Shown: positions 26,401 through 39,834 of the stretch, piece by piece
How positions within the stretch are numbered: the first letter of the stretch is position 1
Layout of the letters: each line of letters starts with the position of its first letter
Origin: Ginglymostoma cirratum
Lineage: Eukaryota
Direction: 5' to 3'
Length of the DNA: 64,000 nt
NCBI GenBank assembly: GCA_024137785.1
Contig: JAHRHZ010000085.1
Coordinates: 9,799,548-9,863,547, forward strand
Made by a program: the position numbers and the translations under genes
Notes under the pieces: generated by a model
The model's input: only the letters and a program-made list of their open reading frames with translations
What the model was told of the DNA's origin: nothing
Databases searched by the model: none

Positions 26401-27432
26401 TTAAAGAGTACGCCGCCTCATTCATGACTGGAAGAAGCATTGAGTCTGTGTGAGGACTCAAATAATGTTTATTTAAATGCTCAAATAATCATAACAATGA
26501 TGTCTGGATGATAAATACGAACCAGAGCTCAGATGCAGTTTCAATGCAGTTCTTTGAAGACAGCTATAAGATTTATTTTTATGTTCATAATTTTTTCCTT
26601 TTTTCTCATAGCATTTAATTCTCTGAGGCGCACCGAAGCTCGCATTCATGTGACAACTAAAAGCACTTATTTTGGCATCTGGCATACCAAACGTCTTCTC
26701 CAGTATCAACATTCATCTCATGTTGGACCGATATCTATGACTTAATTTGTCTAGATGCAATTTTCCCAACTCACATCCAGCCGTTCTCCCAAATTCCATA
26801 TTCTGTAGACTACAAATCAACCAAATCTTTGTGGTTATTGTTTTAAGAAGCACAAGTGGTATCCCGCTAGCTAAGCTATGTTAGCTCGTAATCAGAGTCT
26901 TGATTTCACAATTCCCATTTTTGTTAAACCACCCCATGTACTTCCCTCTCACCAACTCACTAGTTTCTCCCAGACTCATAAAGTATCTCTACCTTTCTCC
27001 ATCCTTACCATTGCTTTAACCCTTTAAGGTATGTATTATAAAGTATCTATTTCATCAAGAGTTTGGTCGTGTATCCGAACACACCCTCATTTCCCCGAGT
27101 CAATACATTATTTTATATCATTCATGTGAAGTGTCTGGGGCGGTGAGGTGGGGGCGTGGGGAGGCTTCATAACATAAAGGCGGTACAGGGTGATGGGTTG
27201 TCTTCAGATAGTACTGTCATTCCATATCTCTTAATGGTTACCAGTGTCTAACTAATTGTCTAGAGTGGATCAGAAGCTCTTGAAAGACCCCCCTACCTAC
27301 ACTCACCTTTACTGGCTCCATCCCCGCCTCTTCGACTTGTCTGCCTCCTCTCCACCTATCCTCTCCTCTATCCATCCTCTATCCGCCTCCCCCTCTCTCC
27401 CTATTTATTTCAGAACCCTCTTCCCCTCCCCC

Positions 27433-27468
27433 ATTTCTGATGAAGGGTTTAGGCCCGAAACGTCAAGT
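27433..27468 (+). ncRNA. Minimal type I hammerhead ribozyme motif
   Basis: ATTT CTGATGA A GGG TTTAGG CCC GAAAC GTC AAGT: intact core, stem II GGG/CCC, stem I ATTT/AAGT. Confidence 0.78.
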
Positions 27469-27606
27469 TTTCCTGCTCCTATGATGCTGCTTGACCTGCT
27501 GTGTTCATCCAGCCCCATGCTTGTTATCTCGGATTCTCCAGCATCTGCAGTACCTTTTATCCTTGACCTGTCCGTCCTCCCTGGACTGACCTATCTCCTC
27601 CCTACC

Positions 27607-27706
27607 NNNNNNNNNNNNNNNNNNNNNNNNNNNNNNNNNNNNNNNNNNNNNNNNNNNNNNNNNNNNNNNNNNNNNNNNNNNNNNNNNNNNNNNNNNNNNN
27701 NNNNNN
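27607..27706. other. Assembly gap (100 N, probably of unknown size)
   Basis: Run of N. Confidence 1.
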
Positions 27707-30549
27707 TTGACCTGCTGTGTTCATCCAGCCCCATGCTTGTTATCTCTTGAAAGACAGGCAGTTGTACGACTATTAACCCATTGCTAACCACATGTTCTTC
27801 TTGTTGGAAATAGGAACATGACATCTGAAGTTCACTTCCTATCTTTCAGGTGCTTTGGTCAACCCACTGAATTTGCTTTTACACAAGTTTGCTCTAAAAT
27901 ATGTGCATTTAATTTGTTGTCATTCTTATTTTTCATATATAAATGCTTATTTTACCTCGTTAAAATAATGCATGGAACTGAAGATTTATCCTTTATTGAC
28001 GTGACTATCTTTAATGTATATTAGTATTGCAAACCGTACAAACACAACAAATAAAATCACGTGTACTCCCAACCTTACTTTTTAAATAATCTATCCCACC
28101 TTTTTGAATCATCAGTTTAGACACCAGCTTGTTATTTCAACAAAACACTTTGAATTTCTTTGCATCGTACGTCAAGCAGAGCAAAATTAAACAACAAAGT
28201 GATCTAATTTGTTTCTGCTATAAACCCAAAAACTTCATTCACAGCATCATTCACACAAAGGACAAACAGACAGACACTGTTAAGGTACAATAAAATCAAA
28301 CAGCAAAACTAGGCAGATTACATAAGTGGTTTGTATGATCTGTTGTTCCACAAACATAAGTGATGGCTTCTTGGTGTTCTGAAGATGCAGATCAGGTTCA
28401 GTTTTTCCGTTCACTCTGACAAAGGCAGTAATACTTTAAACTTTGAACTTCCACAAGTTCAAAGTACTTGTGGAAGTACTTTGAACTTCCACAAACTGCT
28501 CATGGGAGGTTAGGCCGTGAGATTGTATATCTTTATGCTATAGCATGAACAGCCAGATTCCTTTCACAGTAAAATGAAAAGTCTAGAGTCATATTCTGAC
28601 CACTCCTTGATTGACCAACTTTTCCACGAGATCCCAGATTCCAAACAATATTTTCCATCTACTTAAAGACCCCTCAAATAAGCAATGTTAATCCTCACAG
28701 TCCAACTTAGTTATGACCCGATTAATGTTAGAATTTAGCAACAATTCCAACTAACAGCGTCTGTCTCTGGATGAAACCAGGTTTGATCCTTATCCTCATG
28801 TCAATATCTGGAGTTTTCCTACTGAAGATTCAGTGAGTTGAATTATTATAGTATCTTCAATTTCTTTCTTTTTACCAAATTTATGGTGTGACATTATTGA
28901 CGATCCTTTAGATTCCTTCGTCTACGATTTTGACTCCTCCTCTGGAACCATCAAGTCTGCAGCTTTCTTTCTTATCAGAAGATGCTTTCCTGTTCCCTGT
29001 CACATTAAACATTGACAGTCTGTTTGAAAACATGACTTTCCTCTAATTAACTCTTTAAACTCATCTACAGAGTTGTGCAGCTGTATATGTTATCGATTGT
29101 ATACCTCAAGTCCTGTCATTTGGGTGACATGCTGTATTGATTTGCCCAAAATGAAGAAGATTTTTGAACCTCTTGTCACACAGCATTAGGATATTTCTGG
29201 TGACATTGTGCCTTCTCCTGTGCTTTGCCACCTCAAGGAGATCACCGTTTGCTGATCATCCATAGGTCAGAATTGAAAATCTCTGCTGTAACCCTAGGAA
29301 GTCACCTGGCCTCTTCCGCTCTTCCCATTTACTATTGCTTTCCATTGAATTATCAATGTAATGGCTGCTGTCATGCCTTTAAGTGGGCTCTGCATGTTAA
29401 TCTTTTCCCAGCTATTCTCCCTGCTAAACCTGTGCGTCCCCGCCTTCCACCCGCCCACAAACCCCATTCAAGTAGGGCCAGCTCTAGGGAATATTATGAC
29501 TGATGATTGCTTCCTTATCAGAATGGCCTACGGGCCCACAAATAATTACAACATCAGGATCCCAACTCCAAACAAAATATCATGCAATGCACAATATCTG
29601 TTAAACATTTCTGCCATTTTCTAATTTCCAATGATAACATCTCGTGCCTCAGCTTCCAAAGAGCCAGCACTTACTTTTACAGTTCTTTTACATATTTTCA
29701 AAAACAAACCTCTTGAATTCAGAATTAAATTCTTCACTCGTTCACTGTCTTTCTGATTTGCGTTATCAACATTGCGGTCATCCTTTGTTGTTTTCTAAAG
29801 CATTCCCAATCCTCAGGCTTTCTGTATTATATTCTATGATTTTTTAAAATTTGGTACTGACCTTCACTCCCCTGGTCAGTCACAGAAGAATGTCCTTTGT
29901 GTGATTTTTGCTCTTAAATTCTATTCATTTGTGCTGATGGCTCAGAGTTATTTCTTCAAACGTTTTCCACTGCTTATTTTCTGTCAAACGTTCCATCCAT
30001 TTACTCAATCAACTTTTCACCCCTCATTTTTACATGACTGACATTAAAAAAAAATTAGTTTTGTTTGGGAATGGAGAATATCACTCTCAAACTTCATAGA
30101 ACATTAAAAATTAAGCTGCCTGATTGCACAACACCTTGATATAACTCCTCATCAAGTAACTATTTATTTACATATGCATAGTACTTGACAGAGGTCTTGG
30201 TTGCTCAGAGCCAGCTTTCAGAGTTTATAGAACCTCTGACACTCCGCTTTATATCTGTCAGCTAGGGCTCCTTGATTTAAAATAAATTTTATCTTCTTTT
30301 TGGCTCCACACTACATTGTTTCTGGAAACTGTCCAATATGAGATTTGAATTGATTGACGTTACCTTTAGTGGGTGCGTTGTTTTGTTGCACTGCAGTTAG
30401 TAGTGGAAAATCGTCTATTGAAAGAATGAACGAATCTCACAGCCTGGCTTGACTTCTTCAAACCAGCACCGTTTAATAACCATCATATACTACTGTTTGA
30501 AAACCAAGTGGCCTTCCTGCTAACGTGCTGGAGTCATTTTTGAAGAGCT

Positions 30550-31760
30550 CGCTGATAAATTTGATGAAGGGGTGTTGGTGAGTGCAGCATGCTTCATTTT
30601 TCAGAAGGTTTTTGAGAAAACCTCCCACAAAACACTGGTTAGATAAAGTAAAGCACCTTGACTTAGGAAGTAACTTTCAGGAATGGATTAGAGATTCACT
30701 AACAGGCAGAAAATAAAATCAGAATTAACGAGTCATTCTTGCAGCAGCTTTGCCTAGTTTATATAACAAATATCAGTACTTGAATCAACTGTTCGCAATG
30801 TATATTATTGGTTTGGAGATGATGACCAAATGTAACATTTCCAAACTTGGGAAGGATACAAAACTAAGTGGGAGTGTGCATTGTGAGGAAGATGTAAACC
30901 AACTTTGGGAAGGATGCAAAACTAAGTGGGAATGTACGTTGTGAGAAAGACATAAAGCAACTTCAAGAGCTCTTGGGCAGGTTTAATGAATGGGCGAGAC
31001 CAAGACATGTGGAATATAATGTGGGAAAATGTGAGGTTATCCACGTTGGCCAGAGAAACAGATTTAAAGAGTACCATTCTAATAGAAGTTGGAAGATGGA
31101 GATGTACATTGCGACCTATGTATCCTTGCCCATAAGTCACTGAAGGCTAGCGTGGAGTTTTAGCAAGCTGTTAGGAAGGCTGATAGAATGTTAGCAGTTC
31201 TACAAGACCATTTGTATATGCAACTAGTGAAGTCTTGCTTCAACTCCATAGGAGCTTGTTTAGACTCCACCTGGAGTATTGTATACTGTTTTGGTCTCAA
31301 TATGGCAGGATACATATTGCCATGGAGACAGTGCAACAAAAGGTCACCAGACGTGTTCATGGGAAAGGAATGTCCCAAGAAGAAAGGTTGGGTAAAATGG
31401 GCCAGTACCTTTTTTTGGGTGTTGCAGACAAAAAGTGATCGCATTGAAGCTGTCAAAATACTTAAAGGGATGGGCAATATAGATTCATCTAAGATATTTC
31501 ACTTGGTTGGGAAATTTAGAACCAGATGTCATAATCTAGAAGTAAGAGCACTGATACTTGTGTCTGACATGGGGGATATCATTTTATCTAGGTGTTGTAA
31601 ATCTTTGGAATTCTCGACCACAGCAGACTTTTGAATCTCAGTCGTCCATGTTGTTAGCAAAGAGCTTTCTAGATTTCTAATAATCCCTAGAGTACAATGT
31701 TATAGGGATGGGGTAACTAAAAGGCAGTGAAGCGTTTGATCAGCCATGATTGCATTGAAT
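30550..31760 (+). mobile_element. Degenerate CR1 LINE RT and 3' portion
   Basis: LHLEYCILFWS motif at 31235-31438. Internal tandem duplication of about 59 bp at 30840-30962. Confidence 0.75.
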
Positions 31761-33307
31761 TCTGATATTAGGAATTCGAATAGTGTCTTTACTAACGGCA
31801 GCGCAACAAAGCAACACACCCACTAAAGTTAGCGTCAATCAATTCAAATATCATTTTGTACAGTTTCCAGGAACAATATGTCTTTAAAGAGGCTGCAGAA
31901 AAAAAAACAAAGAGGAAAGAGGATTCTCGATGTTGATACTTGACGCACAAAAATGGTAAACGTATTCTACTCATTTCTTGCTTTCACCGTTTGCAATGAA
32001 GAGTTATCAAATTAGCCACCTATACACATTGAAAACCAGATCGACGCACAGCTCATGATTTCAGACAGCAGTTTTCTGAATCGAGAGTGAGGTTGTGGCG
32101 GATTGATAATGAGTGCAAGACCAAGATGAGGACGTTATTGACGTGGGTGCAGTGTTCTTTTCCTTTTTGCTCCAATACTTCATTGATCACAACATGTATG
32201 AGAAAATATTTCAGCCAATTATCGATATAGCCACTGACATACATTAATCGATTTGTTTCAGAATACAGATCGATGATCTAGCCTTCTTTTGTAGTATTTG
32301 TTATTTATTACACAATATGTATTCAACAATAATGCAAATCTGACTGTCAGAGGATTTGAAATGTAGTGGTAAATAAGTAAATGCACTTTGAAATAACCTA
32401 AAATGCAATCAACACTTAAAGAGAAAGAAAATGAATTTTTCTGCGGTGGTCAAAGCAGAAAAGACGCTCTGGCCAGATAATTACGAATTCCTGATGGAAT
32501 GAAAACATTTACATAACCATAGAGAGAATAAGCATTTCAAGAGGAATATTAATATTTACTGCAAGAATGTTGGAGTACAACAGCAAAGATATTTGTTGCA
32601 GTCATAGAGGGCCATCAGTGTGATGTCACCAGCAGTATCTGTTTTCATTATCTAACAAAGGAAATACTTGTCTTAAAAGTTCACACAATTGATTCCTGAG
32701 ATAAGGGTTAATTCTATGAACCAAGCTTGCGTAAAATGTTCCCATATTCTCAGTCTAAAAAATGTGGGCTGCTTTCATTGAATCTTATGAACTTCTTGTT
32801 CATATATACATAATTAGGAATAGGGCTAAGCCACTCGATCACTCCAGCCTGCCTGCCATTGATTAAATTATGATTAATCTGATTACTCTAAATACATGCC
32901 CAACTTCACTTTTCTCAAATCACCTTCACTCACCTTTTGAGGACAAGAGTTCTGAAGAATCGGCACTCCGAGAAAATATTCTCCTTATCTTTGTTCTGAT
33001 TCATGAGCCCTTTGAGACTCATGTTGAGGTTGAACAGGACGTTTATGAAGTCAATTTTGGATGACTATGTACAGTTATGGTCGCCCTGCTATGGGAAAAA
33101 TATTATTAAATTAGTAAGGATTCAGAGAAGATTTAAGAATGTTGCTGAAGAGTTTGAGTTGTATGGAGAGGCAGCGACTTGTTTCACTGTAGCGTAGAAG
33201 GTTGGGGAGTGACCTTGTAGAGATTTATAAAGTCATGAGGGCCATAAATAATGTGAATAGCAAAGGTCATTTCATAGGGTAGGTGAGTTCAAAACTAAGG
33301 GACAAAG

Positions 33308-33625
33308 GGCAGCATGGTGGGTCAGTGGTTAGTACTGCTGCCTCACAGCATTAGAGACTCAGATTCGATTCTACCTTTGGACGACTGTCTGTTTGGAGTT
33401 TGCACGTTCTCCCCGTGTCTGTGTGGGTTTCCTACAGGTGCTCGAGTTTCCTCCCACAGACTGAAGATGTGCAGGCTAGGCGGATCGGCCATGCTAAATT
33501 GCCCATAGTGTTCGAGGATGTGTAGATTAGGTGGGTTATGGGGGAATGAGTCTGGATGGGATGCTCTGAGGGTTGTTGTAGATTTGTTAGGCCAAGGTGT
33601 CTGTTTCCACACCGTAGGAATTCTA
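33308..33625 (+). mobile_element. tRNA-derived V-SINE (HE1-like) inserted in a CR1 3' fragment (about 33040-33910)
   Basis: Pol III A/B-box-like head (ggtcagtggttag...ttcgattc), V-domain ggagtttgcacgttctccccgtgtctgtgtgggtttcc, CR1-type tail. Confidence 0.85.
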
Positions 33626-36600
33626 TGATGTATTTATGGTGAGATGAGAAAGATTCAAAATGGATCCAAAAGGCAACATTTTCACACAGATATTTGTTCA
33701 TAAGTGGAATTAACTACCGTAGGGAATTGTCAGTGCCAGTAAAGTTACAACATCAAACAAAAACGTTTGAGTAGGTAAATGAATAAGAAAGGTTTAGAGG
33801 GTTATGGGCCAAATAAAGGCAAATGGGACTAGTTTAGTTTGGGAAACTTGGTCGGCATTGACGAGTTTGACTGAACTGCCTGTTTCCATGCTGTGTGACT
33901 CTTTGATTCTATGTGGCAACCAGTTCCAGAATCCAACACGAAAGGCAGCATCCTTTGCACATGCACTCTATCAAGACAGTCAGCATCTTGTGTGTTTCAA
34001 TCAAATTGCTCCTTACTCTCCAAAACTCATTGTGTAAGAAGGAAGAGGTCAGCCAGTGAGAATTGAAATGAGAAATGTTTTTATCTTTGAAGGTTTCTCC
34101 CTATGGATGCTGAGTTTTTGAGTACATTCAAGACTAAAAATGAAAGATGTTTGATTTTTAGGGAAATCAATCGATTCTGGGGTAGAATAGGAACAATGGA
34201 GTTAATATGACAGCTCAGCCATGATCTTTCAGAAGATGTCTTTGTCTTAAGATTGTGACTGTGACATGATAGTCACAGTCAAGGAGCCACATTGTGTACT
34301 CATCTTATTTGCTTTAAATATTGACAGACCCTCAGTGAACAAATAGTTTTAGTGCCAGTTTTGGCTCTTTATGTTTGACTTGAGAATTGCCACCTTCCAT
34401 AATAGTAGTAGGACAAAGACATTCAGTTTAATTTTTGTCCTATTTTCAATGTTGGATGGAAGACAGAGCTGGGTGAAAGCTGGAATTCTGCCTATAAGTT
34501 GTACATTCGCCTGTGGGATGTCTGCAAGTGGAAGGTGACGGACTCATCGACTCCCACCAATCAACAAAAAAGCTAATTTATTTAAGGAAGGAAAATAGTG
34601 AGAGATTCGATAGAATGGATTTTCTAGTTCATAAACTTATAACAAAGACAGATTTGACCTAAAACTACAGACTAAGTCCAAGCTAAGGAAACAATTCTTG
34701 GGTATTTATGTAAAAAGTAATCTGTCTTATGAAATGTTAAATGGATTGTTGGATAAAAATGGCTTTGAACGGTGGATTTGTAATAGGTTTTATTCCACTG
34801 TTTTGGCCTGGAGGATGCTGTAATGGGTCAACGATAGAAAAAAAATGTACACACACGGAATAGTTTTTGGATTTGGTTTGTGTTTAATGGAACTGTGGTG
34901 TGATGAGACAATCATTCACAGTTTGGACACAAGGGAGATGTATTCATACCTTCTGGTATGAAGCACAATGATAGCTTTCCTATCACCGAACCAGGAGACC
35001 CAGGTTCAATACCAGCTCCAGATGTGTGTTAAACTATCTCTTACCATGGTGAGACATTGGCCTAAGTCCTGCAGACCACTACAAATTACAATGTGTTCAG
35101 GTGAGTACCGCAGGGCTCCTACAAAGTTGCTTCAGTGCAGCAATAGTATTATTATTTACTCAGCAACGTTTCTTCTGAAAGTATATTTCAATATACCCCC
35201 TGTTGACATTTGACTGAATTATGTCCTGGAATTATGAGACAGGTCATCAGTAGATTTACCTCTTTACCCCGTAGTCAACCTTCAGTTTGTCCAGTGGCTT
35301 AAACACTGAACACGCCTCTATCTAGTAATAAAGAATGTTATCTCTCACCCTCTCCTGGCATAATGGGTACATGTCACCTCCCTTGTGGAATAATTGAAGA
35401 CAAATTAGGAGATGTTAAAGATATTTTCTGCTCTGTTTTGGAAGGATCCTGATTAATGACATTTATTGCCGTGGCCACTGATAGTATCTTCCATGCCTGC
35501 TCTGAGTTTTCTAGTCTACTTACAGCAGACATATGATTGCAATAAGCAACTCCTAGAAGAATGGACAAGTTTTACACACTCCACCTCAGTGACATTGAGT
35601 TGAAAGAAGTGTTTTCTGAAGATAAAGTGGAATTCTCCCTCTCATCTGTCATCTGATTCTTCAAGCAGCTTGTGTTCCCTATGCAATTTCTGCTGATTCT
35701 CCTGTCATCTCAGGAGCACATTCTTTGAACAGAATTCTTGAAGTGAGAACCAAGGCCCTTACCATGTACCATATACATCTCACTGGACTCACCAGCTTTA
35801 GATAACATCATAAACCACCACCACTTCGACTATAGCAATATTTAGAAGAGCCAGTCAGCAACTGACATGAAAACAGAAAGAAATGTGGATGCTGTAAATC
35901 AGGAACAAAAACAAAGTTTCTGGGAAATCTCAGCAGGTCTGGCAGCATCTGTGAAGAAAAAAGAGAGTTAATGATTCAAGTTCAGTGACCTTCCTCAGAA
36001 GGCATGGGTGTTTTGGACCGAAAGGCCTGCTTACATGCGGTATACATCTATGGCTCTAATTACAAGAGAAAACTAAACTTGCAAAAATAATCTGAATTAA
36101 TACAAATCTTGATGATTTACACAATTTTAAAATTTGAGCGATGCAGACCAACTCATTGGGCAATCTCTTTACTCAACTTTATAAAAACACGGAGATATAT
36201 TTTTCATCCAGCTCTGTCTGTGAGGTGAGAGTCAAAATGTAAGTGTGAGACTTCCTGCAGAAGAAGACAAAAAGGATAAACTAGTTTATCTTCAATTTTC
36301 AAATAGTGATTATGGATAAAGACAACAATACAACCAAAAAATTGGTCTTGAAATGCACCCTAGATTTAAATTCTATGAGCAGAAATTTCATTCCTAATCA
36401 CTTTTATTTGGATCAGCGCAATGGCTTAAGAAATATGTAAATAATAGAAATTACTGGATGTTAAAAAAGTCAACAGTTAAATGAATTCAAATTAATCATC
36501 TATTCAAAGCACTCATGCCTCCAAATTTGTAGCATATTCTAGAAATAAGGGAAAAACTGATTCAGCTACAATCTTCTCATTCTTCTAACTGCTTTTTATC

Positions 36601-37389
36601 CTTAGAATAGCTTAAACAAATTTCACGGACAGTCACAAACTAATATTCATTTTGCTCAGGGAAAAATTCCGAAATATTATGATACAAGATTTAATGCAAA
36701 CTGATTAAGAATTTTCAGTGAAACTTTCATGTCTCTCAGTTGAGGTGCTTCTGTCTCATTCATATGTTTAAGTCTTTGCTTTTCGATCTGTACCTGACCT
36801 GAACATGCTGTTTTGACTTCAAAAGGGTTTGCACTCGAAACTATGAATCACAGAGCCACAGAATATCATTGTTGTCTAGCTAAGAGAATAAAGATCAGGC
36901 ATGTTTTCAACTGATGTATTTTCTTTGAATTTTTAGTTCTATTTTATGCCAATACGCAGTTCACATTGATTGGACATCACGCATATTCTTAAAAGGGCTA
37001 ATATACAAGGCTCTATTTTTTTGTGACTCACAGATGGGTACTTAACTGGCTTAATATCAAACTAGCATTAAATTAGAATAACTTTAAAAAAGTTATAACT
37101 TCTCATTGTGATACCACAATAAATATTAAATTATCTTTAAAACAATAGAACTAGCACTGAAGAAAGGCTTGATCTTACATAATCATTTTATAATTTCCCA
37201 TATTACAAAATGTTAGCCTCCTAAATTTATGTCTGTCTCAACTGTCATTCTTAGAACATTCCGGGTGTCAATATTATCGTATATGTATAACAAGAATTTG
37301 AAAAGTGATGAAGAATCTCAGCAGGCCTGGTAACATCTGAGGTAGAAACAGTTAACGTTTCCAGTCGGGTGTCACTCTACTTCAAAACT

Positions 37390-38030
37390 GGTCCAGCAGA
37401 CCATCGGGTCTGCAGTGCATGAATAAACCAGCTATCCAAACTAATCCCACTTCCCAGCACATGGTGACATGCTTTAAAAATGTTGTACTTCAGGTGCAGT
37501 TTCAGGTTTCTTTTACATGAGTCGACGGTTTCTGTCTCAAATGCTAAAATGTGAGTGTAAATTCCACACGAATGCCATCCTCTGAGAGCGGACCCATCTA
37601 ACACTCACCTTAAATCTTTGACCTCCAACATTTCCACGCTTGGCTAGGGGACACAGGTGTCCCCTGGCCACTCTATCCAAGACCCTCGTTAATTTGTGCA
37701 CCTCAACCATGTCACTCCAAAGTCTCCTTCATTCTAAGGAAAAATTTCATTCCTTTCCAAACTTTAACCATAACCCCATTTTCAAACCATGCCAATCTTC
37801 TTGTAAATCACCTCTGTACGCTCTCTACACCAGTTATGCCCTGCTTGCGACGTAAAAGAAAAGTTTCCAACATTGCATAAAAAGCTCTATCTGTGACCTA
37901 AACTTACCTTGTACAGTTTCAGTATGTCATCCCAGCTCTTGTATTCAATGCATCGCCAATGAATCAAAACATCCCGTATGTTTTATGCACCCCGTTATTT
38001 ACTTACTCTGGGGCTTTCAGAAATTCATTG
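37390..38030 (-). mobile_element. Degenerate CR1 LINE fragment
   Basis: Reverse CR1 3' end features (ctatccaagaccctcgttaatttgtgcacctc...ctccttcattctaagg). Confidence 0.6.
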
Positions 38031-39834
38031 ACAAGAACTGTAAGATCTCTTACATTTCCTGGCTCTCAAAACGCCCCGTTTAATGTGCATTCAAATAACA
38101 CTTAGTTATAAAAATTTCTAAACGAAATACAAACATTTTCTACATTCAGTTTGTCTCCTACATAGTGATGCACCAAAAAAAAAATTCACAGTTTCATTTT
38201 GAATACAACTATATTTTCAGGAATCAATGGGATAGCAGCGAGCTATACACATTACAAAATGCCCCGTGACATTTTGTTTGAAAAGAAAACATTTAAAGGA
38301 TCTGGGCTTCCCTGGCATTTACTACTCATCTTTAACCACCCTTGAGTGGCGTGATGCACACTTAAAACACTGCACTCTGGTGTAGGTACGCACACGCAGC
38401 TATTAGAATTTTTCTCCAGGATTTTGACCAACGAAAGTGAAGGAAAAGCCTAGCAAATTTCCAAAGCAGCGTGGTAAATTATGCTGATCTTTCCTAGAAG
38501 CCACCAAGATACCACCAATTCAACTGCACAGATAAAAGCTAAAACTGATCTGAGCTCTCCGTGACAGTAAGATGGAACAAGTAACATTTTGTTTACTCTG
38601 CCCAATATCCAGACGCCTCTACTTAAATTATCAATCTAATGAAGCCGATTTGGAGGTCAGCAATACGATATATGCTGACATTCACTCTCCTACCAAAACT
38701 TGGCAGTTCACAGGAACGGAAACATGACAGGCTGAAAATATTGTGAGTGTCACAGTTAGATTCCATGCTTTCAAAGGGAAATAAAGGGGAAAATCCTATG
38801 AAGCTAACAAGATGTAAAAAAAAACAGCCGCAACTGTTCAGAAAATCACTTCATCGCCTCCTTCTCCACGTTGCTTAGTGATGAACGATAAATGCCAGCC
38901 TTTGCCAGGAACACTCACCTCTTGAATATGACTAAGAAAGTAATGTAACAGTTTGAATGCCTGTCCCAGTTGACTATATTCTTAATTTTCGCAAAGATTA
39001 ATGGGGCAATAGAAAAGACCATTTGGATAATAGCACGAATGTGATGTGTTATTCAACCATACGTTAAAAAAAAGTGAGAAAAAAGAATCAAGGATTTCTA
39101 TTGATATAACAAACTACCTAGTCACGGAAGTGCAAGTAGTATTCAGCAAATGGCAATGGTAAATAATCATGAATAAATAAAGCAGTTTAGTTGAGGTTTA
39201 TTGCAGATGTATAATGGTCAGAATTACGAATAGTACTCTTGTGCCCAGTTAGGAGTGTGCACCATGGGAACTTTCTATCCTCTTTAAGGAGCAGAGAATC
39301 CTTTATTGACAATTTTAGGTTCTCAATCGATCGGTAGTATGTCTGGCAATGGAATACTGAAATATTGTAAATTGTGTAATCAAATCAATTGACAACTTGA
39401 AATGAGACGCTTCAACTGAAAGAAACAAAATTTAATGAAAAGCACAGTTGAAACTATTAATGATCTTGTGATAAAATGAACACTGTATTTAAACTAGCAT
39501 CATATAAAATGAAAACAAAACCATTGTTTGTACTCAGCCGATCAGTACCAACTCTGCAGAGGAAGACAGTTCTCTGTTCATCCTCTGACTTTTCATCAGC
39601 GCTAAGCCTTCTCATTCTAAATCTTCTAAATTTTAGTTTGATAGCGAACAAATGAATCGTGTATCTAAATTTACAAGCTTATGCTACACACAGTAGCACA
39701 TTTCCCCATAACAGCCTAGCTATGCTACCCGTACATATACTTTGAATGCAACTTAATGAATTAAAATGGCATTGATTTACCATTAATTCAAAGTGTTTTT
39801 ACATGATCCAAAATAATGCCTATCAGTCAAGAAT

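Larger units (their letters stand above)
27287..27748 (+). mobile_element. Young Penelope terminal-repeat copies in partial tandem, spanning a gap
   Basis: Near-identical to 5890-5970 and 6441-6520. Confidence 0.85.
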
